A stretch of DNA of 64,000 nt from an uncultured Methanomassiliicoccales archaeon (GTDB lineage: Archaea; Thermoplasmatota; Thermoplasmata; Methanomassiliicoccales; UBA472). Below the pieces are notes generated by a model, which saw nothing but the letters and a program-made list of their open reading frames with translations, had not been told where the DNA came from and made no database searches. The stretch's first letter is position 1, and every line of letters starts with the position of its first letter. Where the stretch lies: NCBI GenBank assembly GCA_963695345.1, contig OY968769.1:2400001-2464000 (forward strand), read 5' to 3'. Positions 52,002 to 60,696 of this stretch are shown here, one piece after another. Position numbers and translations under genes: made by a program.

Positions 52002-52214
52002 ATGGAGTACTCGGGAGGTTCCAAGGAGAAGAAACCGGTGGAGGAAGGACACACATACACCGTAACGATTTCTGACATCGGGTCCCAGGGTGATGGAGTT
52101 GGGAAGATCGAGGGGTTTGTCATCATTGTGCCGGACACGAAGATCGGCGAAACGGTCCAGGTCCGCATCAACCGGGTCAGCAAGAAGGTGGCCTTCGGCA
52201 CGTTGGTGAAATGA
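52002..52214 (+). CDS. Single TRAM domain protein (RNA chaperone)
   Basis: PVEEG..Y.V.I.DIG.QGDGVGKIEGFVIIVP. Confidence 0.92.
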   Translation: MEYSGGSKEKKPVEEGHTYTVTISDIGSQGDGVGKIEGFVIIVPDTKIGETVQVRINRVSKKVAFGTLVK

Positions 52215-52397
52215 TCATTCCTTGAACTGGGGCATGTACAGCAAGACCATCGCGATCCCGATCCATACCAGGATGGCCATGAATACGCAGATCCCCGCAT
52301 TGAAGGCCATCGCCAATACCAGAAGAATCAGGGGTAGGACTACTGTAAGCAGTATCAGCTGGTGTCTCTTCGTGAATTCCATGAGGCCACTCAGCAC
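52215..52397 (-). CDS. Small two-TM membrane protein
   Basis: Hydrophobic ORF convergent with the TRAM gene. Confidence 0.6.
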   Translation of the reverse strand: MLSGLMEFTKRHQLILLTVVLPLILLVLAMAFNAGICVFMAILVWIGIAMVLLYMPQFKE

Positions 52398-52495
52398 GGA
52401 ATGAGAGGGGGCATTTATTTACCTTTCCCCTTCAAAATGATTCCAGATGCGCTCCCGGCCGATTTCAACCGATGCGTTCTGGCGGAAACCGGGGT

Positions 52496-52906
52496 TTAGT
52501 CCTTCTCCTTGGCCTTGTTGACGAACTTGAGCCCAGACCACGTGTCATCGATGGAAGACACCTTGACATCGACCATTCCGTTGGTGACTCCAACCTCGCG
52601 CACCATCGCGCCGGTTAGGTCCGTCTTCATCTTGGAAGAGCCTTTCGGCCAACATACCCAGATGATGCCCTCGTGCTTGATGGACTCGAGGAGCTTGGGG
52701 AACGTGGTGTCCACTTCTTTCTTGCTCTTGCTGAACATCTGCACAAAATCAAGCTCTTCGGTGATATCATCGACCACCACAACGTTCTTTGGAAGCCTGC
52801 CGAGGACCTCGTCGAATCCCTGGGGTGAGTTGATGAACAGGAGTTTCATCCCGTCCTTTATTCCAAGCTTTGTGACCAATGATTTCTTAGATCCAATTCG
52901 GGCCAT
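52496..52906 (-). CDS. DUF3052-like protein
   Basis: LVTKLGIK, IWVCWPKGSS, VDVKVSSIDDTWSGLKF. Confidence 0.85.
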   Translation of the reverse strand: MARIGSKKSLVTKLGIKDGMKLLFINSPQGFDEVLGRLPKNVVVVDDITEELDFVQMFSKSKKEVDTTFPKLLESIKHEGIIWVCWPKGSSKMKTDLTGAMVREVGVTNGMVDVKVSSIDDTWSGLKFVNKAKEKD

Positions 52907-53049
52907 GGGATTTCCTTTCGGGGAGCGGGTATCACCTAAAGTAGCATTTGACTTTTGGTATACGAGCCCGGAGATAGCGTTCATCATTAATAAAATGTCG
53001 ATTCTCTTGGAGACTCAAAATCGACTATTATTTGGATGTCTGGGTATCC

Positions 53050-53697
53050 CTAAAACTTGTGCCAGGCTCCTATCTCGGCCTTCATGTCCTTGGAACCGAA
53101 GAGCGCGCTGCCCGCGGCCAGGGCGGAAGCACCCGCCCGGACACACCTTGAACCGGTGTCGGCATTGATGCCCCCGTCGATCTCAATATCGAATCCCAGG
53201 CCGTTCTGGTCCGCATAGTCCCGGGCCATGGTTATCTTGGGGACCACCTCTTCCATGAAGGATTGTCCCCCGAAACCGGGATGGACGGTCATGATCAGCA
53301 GGAGATCGATCTCATTCAGATAGGGCAGCACGGCCTCGAAGGGCGTCTCCGGGTTGATGGAGATGCCCGCCCGCTTTCCCATCGAACGGATCTTGGACAG
53401 AGTCCCGGAGATATGGTCCGAGGCTTCGACATGGATGGTGATGAAATCGGCACCGGACCGGGCGAACGCCTCAATGTAGCGTTCCGGTTGGACTATCATC
53501 AGGTGCACATCGAAAGGGAGCTTGGTATGCGGCCGGATCTTCCTGATGACCTCTGGCCCTATGGTGATGTTGGGGACGAACATACCGTCCATCACGTCGA
53601 CATGGACCCAGTCCGCACCCGCCTCCTCGATCCTCCGCACCTCGTTCGCCAGCGCCCCGAAGTCTGCCGAAAGAATGGATGGAGCTACCTTGATCAT
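53050..53697 (-). CDS. rpe: Ribulose-phosphate 3-epimerase
   Basis: APSILSADF, HVDVMDG.FVPN, DVHLM, MTVHPGFGGQ, IDGGI. Confidence 0.96.
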   Translation of the reverse strand: MIKVAPSILSADFGALANEVRRIEEAGADWVHVDVMDGMFVPNITIGPEVIRKIRPHTKLPFDVHLMIVQPERYIEAFARSGADFITIHVEASDHISGTLSKIRSMGKRAGISINPETPFEAVLPYLNEIDLLLIMTVHPGFGGQSFMEEVVPKITMARDYADQNGLGFDIEIDGGINADTGSRCVRAGASALAAGSALFGSKDMKAEIGAWHKF

Positions 53698-53714
53698 CTT
53701 GACACGCCTCCTAC

Positions 53715-54134
53715 CTATGGGACCACCATGACCGGCACTTTCGAGAACTGGACCACCCGGGAGGAGACGCTTCCCATGAGGAAGCGCGCCAAACCGCTGA
53801 TGCCCCTGGAACCTACGATCACCAGGTCATAATCCTTCTCTGAGAGGTCCAGGATGGCCTCTGCCGGATTGCCCAGCATTACCTTCTGGAGCGTCCTCAG
53901 GCCGGCCTCCTCACAGACCATCCTTGCCTGATAGAGCTTCATCTCGCCCTTGGCCTGTTCCGCCTCCTCCGTCGTCGGCATCCCGGTGTAGTAGGCCGAC
54001 TCGGTCGGTTGGAGCACATGAAGGAGGGTGATCTCGGAATGGAACGGGGCGGCGATATCTGCCGCCATCCGTGCCGCGCGGAGCGAGTTCTCAGAACCGT
54101 CCACTCCGACCAATATCCGGTTGAGCACAGTCAT
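53715..54134 (-). CDS. Universal stress protein (UspA family)
   Basis: ILVGVDGSENS, DLVIVGSRG, MGSVSSRVV..PVMVV. Confidence 0.94.
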   Translation of the reverse strand: MTVLNRILVGVDGSENSLRAARMAADIAAPFHSEITLLHVLQPTESAYYTGMPTTEEAEQAKGEMKLYQARMVCEEAGLRTLQKVMLGNPAEAILDLSEKDYDLVIVGSRGISGLARFLMGSVSSRVVQFSKVPVMVVP

Positions 54135-54234
54135 TCGATCGTCCGGTGATGGAACCAGACGAACATAATGTTGTCGATGTTCGGGCGATACTCAGGGCAA
54201 AACGTTAAAATGAAGGTGAGCGAATGCCAGACTC

Positions 54235-54447
54235 ATGGCAGAGACCCACCATGCGGTAGAGAAAGAGGAACCCTGTGACGTCGCAGGATGCGGAAAACCG
54301 GCCGAGAGGTCAATTTCGCAGAACAGCGCCCAAGAGGCAGGGCTCGCTGTCGATGAGGACCTGAAACGGGTCCATCTGTGCAAGGAGCACTACAAGTCCT
54401 ACAAGAAAGCGACGAAGACTGAGAGAAAGATCGGCTCCATACGTTAG
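54235..54447 (+). CDS. Small Cys/His zinc-binding hypothetical protein
   Basis: C-x4-C ... HLCKEHYK; AGGTGA RBS upstream. Confidence 0.75.
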   Translation: MAETHHAVEKEEPCDVAGCGKPAERSISQNSAQEAGLAVDEDLKRVHLCKEHYKSYKKATKTERKIGSIR

Positions 54448-54498
54448 ACGGTAACAAACCCGGAAAGGATTAAGGCCTGCGAAGGTTTCCACCGGTGG

Positions 54499-55599
54499 AT
54501 GAAGGTCGCGTGGATCCAAGTTCTATCCAGCGCTGGGCTTTCCGGCTCCGCGTTGCTGATCCCGAACATGCTTCGGGGGGATTTTGGCGCCAACACCATC
54601 GAGATCGGCCTCATCACCGCAGTTTTCAACGCCGCCGTCTTCTCCTCCTCATGGATATTCGGCAGGGCCACCGACGTACACGGTAAAAGACGCATATTGC
54701 GGATGGGGCTGCTGATAACCTCCATCGCCCTTATCCTTCAGGTATTCGCCCACGACACCATGATGCTGGGCCTTTCCCGGATATTCGTGGGAATGGCCTG
54801 CGGCATCTATCCCTCCGCCCTGCTTTGCCACGTATACGAGAGCGACAAGAAGGTGGGCAAGTTCAGTGCCTTCGGCAGCCTGGGCTTCGGTGTCGGAACC
54901 TTCCTGGCAGGCGCCATCGGGATATATTACGGCATATTCATCGTGAGCGGGGCCATGCTCTTCCTGGCGTTCCTCATCTCGCTCTATCTGCCGTTCCATG
55001 CGGAGCGTTGCCATAAGGTACCATATTTCCCGGCGAAGATAATCAGGCGCAATTTCCCGGTGTACATTTCGGTCATGTTCCGGCATATCGGCGCCAACAT
55101 GATATGGGTGGTTTACGCGCTGTTCCTGGCCGACCTGGGGGCGGACCCGCTATTCATCGGTCTGGTCTACGGCATCAATGCCGGGGCCCAGTTCGTTTTC
55201 ATGAACTTCGTCGATCGTTTCGGGTCGAGGAGGCTGGTGCTCTTCGGGTTCATATTCTCCATGCTGACCTTCCCATCGTACACGCTGGCCACCAGCTACT
55301 GGATGATAATCCCGAGCCAGGTGATGATCGCCGCCTCGTGGTCCTGCCTCTATGTGGGCTCGGTCAAATACATCATGGAGCGGAACGAGGAGAAAGGGAC
55401 CAGCGCCGGACTGCTGCAGTCCTTCCTCAGCATCTCGGCGATCGCCGGGGCATTGATCGGAGGAATGGCCACCTTCAGCCTGGGATATCATGGGACCATG
55501 TACTTGGCCACGGTAATGGCCGTGCTGGGCCTGGTAGTGTTCTTCTTCAGCAACAAATGGATGGAGCGCCACGACGCAAAAGAGCTTAATGCATCATGA
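54499..55599 (+). CDS. MFS transporter
   Basis: 12 TM; motif A FGRATDVHGKR and VDRFGSRR. Confidence 0.92.
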   Translation: MKVAWIQVLSSAGLSGSALLIPNMLRGDFGANTIEIGLITAVFNAAVFSSSWIFGRATDVHGKRRILRMGLLITSIALILQVFAHDTMMLGLSRIFVGMACGIYPSALLCHVYESDKKVGKFSAFGSLGFGVGTFLAGAIGIYYGIFIVSGAMLFLAFLISLYLPFHAERCHKVPYFPAKIIRRNFPVYISVMFRHIGANMIWVVYALFLADLGADPLFIGLVYGINAGAQFVFMNFVDRFGSRRLVLFGFIFSMLTFPSYTLATSYWMIIPSQVMIAASWSCLYVGSVKYIMERNEEKGTSAGLLQSFLSISAIAGALIGGMATFSLGYHGTMYLATVMAVLGLVVFFFSNKWMERHDAKELNAS

Positions 55600-56076
55600 T
55601 TTGACTGGCTCAGGGGCTTCGGGGCAAGCTTGTCCATCGCTGCGGCAAGACGGTCCTCCGTCACACCGATATAGCACTTGAAGGTCGTGTTCGGGTTGTC
55701 GTGCCTCATCAGCAAGGCGATCGTCTCCAATTCTACACCCTGCTCCCAAAGCCGATATCCGAATGTCCTCCGCATGTCGCGGGGGCGGAACTTCACTCCT
55801 GACGCCTGCGAAATCTCCGCCACTTGATGCCTCGTCGACTTGGTTCATTGGCTTCGGGCCGAATTTCCCCGTCCACATGAGGAAGGTCCCGTTCGCCAGA
55901 AACTTCGCTGCCCGTAGCTCCATGGACTGCTCGATGTATGCCTTGGCGTACTTGTTTGCCTTCTGCCAGGCGACTTTCCCACCGTTCCTGCCCTTCCCCC
56001 GGATCATTGACCCATTCAGGGACAGGAATTCCAAGGCGTTCACCTGTGTTAGCCTGCACATGTCGACCGGACGCAA
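55594..56076 (-). pseudogene. Tyrosine integrase C-terminal fragment (frameshifted, no N-terminus)
   Basis: RPVDM, IRGKGRNGGK, FRPRDMRRTFG...IALLMRHDNPNTTFKCYIG. Confidence 0.82.
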
Positions 56077-56078
56077 CC

Positions 56079-56444
56079 AATATCATCGGAGCGGCACCGG
56101 GAACGCACTACCTCGACATCTCCGCCGACGGCAACTGGACTGTGACTATCGAGCAACCGAGGACGAGCTCGGCTCCAGCAATACCGCAGACCCTCACAGG
56201 GACGAGCGACGACGCCAAGGCGGTCATGCTGACGTCCGGGGCGATCAAGTTCGACATGAGCTATATCGGGGACGGCAACTTCATCGACCTGGTTTACGAC
56301 GCTGATGGTAATGCTGAGGGGTTGCTCGCCAACGAGATCGATACGTACTCCGGATCGAAGTCCATCAGCGTGACGACGCCCGGGATACACTACCTCTACA
56401 TCACCGGCATCGGCTCCTGGAGCATCACCGTCACGCATCTGTGA
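56079..56444 (+). pseudogene. 3' fragment of a surface protein with repeated beta-rich domains
   Basis: GTHYLDISADGNWTVTI / GIHYLYITGIGSWSITV repeat; no start codon, joined to the integrase fragment. Confidence 0.6.
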
Positions 56445-56729
56445 ATGGAATTTCGGGATAGCTCCAAACCTCAAATCTATCGACCAAAGTGGAGTTCCTG
56501 CTTCTTCAGGCCGTGCTTCCCGTTGAGGGCCGAATTGTCGGCAATTATGTACTCATCGCAGAAGTGACAGAGGTTGTGCTGTCTATTACCACAATGTTGC
56601 CCCGCCTTTGGTCAACACCGGCCATCTCCAAGAGTGAAAGGACCTGTTCCCGGACCTTGCCCCTTCCGTCCAATCCAGTCAGACGGACCGGGCAAAAGAG
56701 CTTAATGCATCATGATACGATGAGGGGCC

Positions 56730-57704
56730 GTGGAAATCGTCTTCCTTGGGACTGGAGGTAGCGTACCGACCAGAAATCGCAACACCAGCGCTACCGCGGT
56801 CCGGGTCGGGTCGGAGATATTGCTGTTCGATTGCGGTGAGGGGACCCAAAGGCAGCTGATGAGTTCCACCGTCTCCTTCATGAAGATCACCAGGATCTTC
56901 ATCACCCATCTACACGGAGATCATTTCCTGGGCCTGCCCGGTCTGATCCAGTCGATGAACTTCGCCGGACGGCTGGAGCCTTTGGAAATCTACGGTCCGG
57001 AAGGAACATCGACCACCGTCGACACGATACTGAACCTGGGTTATTTCCAGGCCGGGTTCGAGGTGGTCGGCCACGACGTCGCTGACCTTGACGCAGTTCA
57101 TGGAAAGGGCTATACGGTCAAGGCGGTAAGGACCGACCATAGCATTCCCTCGTTCGGTTTCGTTCTCAGCGAGGATGTCCGGCCAGGTAAGTTCAACAAG
57201 GCGAAGGCGATGGAACTGGGGGTGCCCGAGGGCCCTTTCTATTCCAAGCTGCAGTCCGGTTCCAGCGTCAATGTCGATGGCAGAACGATATCGCCGGAGA
57301 TGGTCATCGGCGACCCCCGGCCCGGGCTCAAGGTGGCATTCTCCGGAGACACCAGACCGAGCGAGCATTTCATGGAATCGGTCCTGGGATGCGACCTGCT
57401 GGTGCACGAGGCGACCGCTGACGTCTCGTTGCAGGAGAAGGCGAAGGAATTCGGCCATTCCACCGCCCGGGATGCGGCCACCATCGCCCTGTTGGCCGGT
57501 GTCAAGGCCCTCTACCTGAATCATTTCAGCGGCAGGTACGAGGACGTCGGCCTGCTGGTGGATGAGGCCCGGGACATATTCCCGAACACCTTCGCCTCCG
57601 AGGACCTCATGGTCCTGCAGGTCAACTATGACGGGACGGTCACCTCAAAGCAGCTTCAGCACGTCCGAGCTGGTTATGATCCCGACGATCGAGCCCTTCC
57701 TTGA
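56730..57704 (+). CDS. rnz: Ribonuclease Z
   Basis: FLGTGG, FDCGEGTQRQ, ITHLHGDH, GVPEGP exosite, SGDTRP, HEAT, HST, HFSGRY. Confidence 0.96.
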   Translation: MEIVFLGTGGSVPTRNRNTSATAVRVGSEILLFDCGEGTQRQLMSSTVSFMKITRIFITHLHGDHFLGLPGLIQSMNFAGRLEPLEIYGPEGTSTTVDTILNLGYFQAGFEVVGHDVADLDAVHGKGYTVKAVRTDHSIPSFGFVLSEDVRPGKFNKAKAMELGVPEGPFYSKLQSGSSVNVDGRTISPEMVIGDPRPGLKVAFSGDTRPSEHFMESVLGCDLLVHEATADVSLQEKAKEFGHSTARDAATIALLAGVKALYLNHFSGRYEDVGLLVDEARDIFPNTFASEDLMVLQVNYDGTVTSKQLQHVRAGYDPDDRALP

Positions 57705-58208
57705 TACGAGCACGGCGTTGGAGGCCGACAGCAGCGAGGTCACCACTTCGACGGCGGCCTCCTCGCTGACTATGGGAAAGGAATCCATCATGATGGAGCC
57801 GACGCTCTGTTCTCCGAGGTCCTCCATCTTGGTGCCGTCCCGGAGCATGCTCAATATCTTGAACTCGCTGATGCTCCCGACATGCTGGACACCGTTGAAG
57901 ACCGGAAGCTGCGAGTAGCCGCTCTCCCTCATGACCTCGGTGGCCCGCTTGACCTTCTCATTGGACTGGATGCTGATGATGTTGGTGGAGGCGACATCCT
58001 TTGCCCTCATCCCCTCGCGCCTCTTGCTCATCTCCTCCTGCAGGACCTCGAAGATCCTGACAACGGCAGCATAACTCCCCTTGATGCTGCCCCTTTCCAT
58101 CTTGGCAATGGTCGATTGACTTACACCGGATAGCGAGGCCAATTCGGACTGGGTGATGTCCAGGCTCTTCCGCAATTTCTTGATCTCGGTCTCATCAGGG
58201 AACTTCAT
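57645..58208 (-). CDS. XRE-HTH + CBS-pair transcriptional regulator (COG3620-like)
   Basis: LRKSLDITQSELASLSGVSQSTIAKME; YSQLPV; VGIIT.SD. Confidence 0.92.
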   Translation of the reverse strand: MKFPDETEIKKLRKSLDITQSELASLSGVSQSTIAKMERGSIKGSYAAVVRIFEVLQEEMSKRREGMRAKDVASTNIISIQSNEKVKRATEVMRESGYSQLPVFNGVQHVGSISEFKILSMLRDGTKMEDLGEQSVGSIMMDSFPIVSEEAAVEVVTSLLSASNAVLVSRKGSIVGIITSSDVLKLL

Positions 58209-58229
58209 GGCAATACCCACATGTTATTA

Positions 58230-58268
58230 GTCATATATGAATAATTGAGTCAATAGGGCTTATATGAC
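58230..58268. promoter_or_regulatory. Symmetric divergent promoter/operator between the HTH-CBS regulator and mat
   Basis: GTCATATA (58230-37) / TATATGAC (58261-68) inverted arms and inner ATTGA-G-TCAAT share the same centre at 58249. Confidence 0.6.
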
Positions 58269-58366
58269 CGAACCAATTACAAGCGCCTAGCTCAGTTCCC
58301 GGCCAGACCTTGTCATCCATTTGTCTGGTCAAGGGATTGTGATTACATAACGAACAGGTGACCATC

Positions 58367-59650
58367 ATGGCATCCAAGCCGATCAAGAAGACCACAGCAA
58401 AGAAGCCAGCGGCAAAGAAGATCCAGAAGAACATCATTATCGAGAGCTTGAACCTGACTCCCATCGAGAAGCAGAGGGTAGAGCTCGTTGAGCGCAAGGG
58501 CCTGGGACACCCGGACACGATCTCCGACGGATTGGCAGAATCGGTCAGCCGAGCGCTCTGCAAGATGTACCTGGACCGGTACGGGGAGGTCCTCCACCAC
58601 AACACCGACCAGAACGAGGTAGTGGGCGGACAGAGCGCCCCCAAGTTCGGCGGCGGAAGAATGCTGGAGCCCATATATATCGTCCTGATCGGCAGGGCCA
58701 TAACTCAGGTGGACGGCGAAAGGCTCCCGTATGCCACGACCGCCATCGGAGCGGCCAAGGATTACCTGAAGAACTTCCCGCACCTGGACGTCAACAACGA
58801 TGTCATTGTCGACTGCAAGATCGGGAAGGGCAGCATCGACCTGATCAAGAACTTCGAATCCCTCGCGGACAAGTGCAAGATCAACGGCAACCAGAACAGC
58901 TGCATGCTGGCCAACGATACGTCCTTCGGATGCAGCTTCGCGCCGCTCTCCCAGACCGAGACGGTTACGCTCGAGGTCGAGAGGTACATCAACGGCGCGA
59001 TGAAGAAGAAACTGAAGGAGACCGGTCAGGACGTCAAGGTCATGGCCGCCAGGAACAACGACAAGATCACCCTGACCATCGCCTGCGCCATGGTGGACAA
59101 GTTCGTCCCGGACGCCGACCACTACGTCAATGTCGTGCAGGAGATGACCGAGCGGGTGTCCGACTACGCCTCGAAGTTCACCGAGTACGATGTCAAGGTC
59201 GACATCAACCACGCCGACGACTACAAGAACGGCAACTACTACCTGACCGTGACCGGCCTCAGCGCGGAGAACGGGGACGACGGCTCTGTGGGCCGCGGAA
59301 ACCGGGTCAACGGCCTGATCACCCCCTACCGCTCCATGAGCATGGAGGCGTCCGCCGGAAAGAACCCGATCACCCACGTCGGCAAGATGTACAACATCCT
59401 CGCCAACTGGATCGCCCGGGACATAGTCAAGGAGGCCGGCGGGGACGTTCAGGAAGCCCAGGTCAGGATCCTGTCCCAGATCGGAAGGCCGATCAACGAC
59501 CCGCAGACCTGCAGCGTCCAGCTTATCCTGGGAGATGGTGTTAACTTCGAAAAGACCCAGAAAAAGGCCCTCGCGGTGGCCGACAACTGGTTCGAGAACA
59601 TCAACAAGGTCACGGAGAAAGTTGTAAAAGGCGAAGTAACGGTATTCTAA
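58367..59650 (+). CDS. mat: Archaeal S-adenosylmethionine synthetase
   Basis: ELVERKGLGHPD, LHHNTD, ANDTSFG, GQDVKVM, SAENGDDG.VGRGNR, GKNP..HVGK. Confidence 0.96.
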   Translation: MASKPIKKTTAKKPAAKKIQKNIIIESLNLTPIEKQRVELVERKGLGHPDTISDGLAESVSRALCKMYLDRYGEVLHHNTDQNEVVGGQSAPKFGGGRMLEPIYIVLIGRAITQVDGERLPYATTAIGAAKDYLKNFPHLDVNNDVIVDCKIGKGSIDLIKNFESLADKCKINGNQNSCMLANDTSFGCSFAPLSQTETVTLEVERYINGAMKKKLKETGQDVKVMAARNNDKITLTIACAMVDKFVPDADHYVNVVQEMTERVSDYASKFTEYDVKVDINHADDYKNGNYYLTVTGLSAENGDDGSVGRGNRVNGLITPYRSMSMEASAGKNPITHVGKMYNILANWIARDIVKEAGGDVQEAQVRILSQIGRPINDPQTCSVQLILGDGVNFEKTQKKALAVADNWFENINKVTEKVVKGEVTVF

Positions 59651-59653
59651 GCG

Positions 59654-60238
59654 ATGAAACTCGTTGATTTGCCCAGATATGGTCCGGTGCACCGGTTCGC
59701 CGATTACCACGTCTTCAAAACCCTTTCCATCCTATCCGATGGGAAGCGCAAGGGGCGCAAGCAACTTGCAGACATGGTCAATGTGGGCGAGGGCAGCATG
59801 CGGACCATCATCGAATACCTGCGCGACCGGGAGATGATCGATGTCAAGCAGACCGGCGTCAAGATCTCCAGCAAAGGACACGAGTTCCTCGGCAACCTTC
59901 CCATCTACATGGAGAGGGTCGAGCCTACCGACAGTACGCTGGGTGAGAGGAGCGCGGCGGTGCTGGTCAAGGGCCAAAGCATGAAGATCAAGTTAGGGGT
60001 CGAACAGAGGGACAGCGCCATCAAGGCCGGGGCGGAGGGGGCGACCACCATCATCGTCTCCGGTGACCACCTGATCGTCCCTCCGGATTATGATCTGGAT
60101 GTCGAACGGCCGGAGTTCACGCAGACGCTGAGGAGACTTCTGGCACTGAGCGAGGGCGATGTGATAATCATCGGCACCGGGAAGACCTACGATAGGGCGG
60201 AGGACGGTGCCCTGGCGGCCGCCTTCGAACTGATCTGA
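59654..60238 (+). CDS. wHTH + DUF4443-like protein
   Basis: GRKQLA...VGEGSMRT; EQRDSAIKAGA.GATT. Confidence 0.82.
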   Translation: MKLVDLPRYGPVHRFADYHVFKTLSILSDGKRKGRKQLADMVNVGEGSMRTIIEYLRDREMIDVKQTGVKISSKGHEFLGNLPIYMERVEPTDSTLGERSAAVLVKGQSMKIKLGVEQRDSAIKAGAEGATTIIVSGDHLIVPPDYDLDVERPEFTQTLRRLLALSEGDVIIIGTGKTYDRAEDGALAAAFELI

Positions 60239-60495
60239 CAATGCCCCGCCCATAGACCATTTGGAATAAACGGGTTCTCGGGGTCAATCCGCCTCGCGCA
60301 TTCCGCCCCATCATCTCTTTCCCTCGCGGTCAGGATATGGAAATGCCATATGACCGTTCCACTGGCTGTTTTTGATGGATGGGGGCCGTTGTCGGAATTT
60401 CCCATTAACAAAACAGACGACTTGTGCAGCAGGCCGTCCCGATGATCATTGTCTCACTAACGTTACAGAATTTCACAAGGTAGCCTTTTCTGAGG

Positions 60496-60681
60496 CCATC
60501 GGTCAACACATTACCTGGGGATTACTCGATCCAGAAAACGAGACCAGATGGTTCGTCGATTCGTCAGGAATTGACTGGCGGAAGCGAACGGTCCGAATAT
60601 GTGAATTCTGACAATTCCTCGTTGGACGAGGGTTGAAATATTGGATAATACATCCAACTACTAGGACCGGTCAAAAACCGG
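60496..60681 (+). ncRNA. Candidate structured 5' leader RNA upstream of the putative corrinoid uptake operon
   Basis: Contiguous stems found by eye (see findings); no recognised riboswitch consensus. Confidence 0.4.
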
Positions 60682-60696
60682 CGGGTGGAGTTTGTA

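Larger units (their letters stand above)
55576..56716. mobile_element. Collapsed integrated element bounded by 25-bp direct repeats (attL/attR)
   Basis: GCAAAAGAGCTTAATGCATCATGAT at 55576-55600 and 56692-56716; integrase relic inside. Confidence 0.85.

Noticed and set aside
57645-57704. 60-nt convergent overlap of rnz and the HTH-CBS gene
   Set aside because: Short tail-to-tail overlaps are common in compact archaeal genomes, and an indel could also explain it
58343-59710. 455-aa antisense ORF over mat (and similar long antisense ORFs over ileS, hppA, nrdJ, acnX and rnz)
   Set aside because: Expected by-product of GC-rich codon bias; V/D/L/G-rich shadow translations with no motifs
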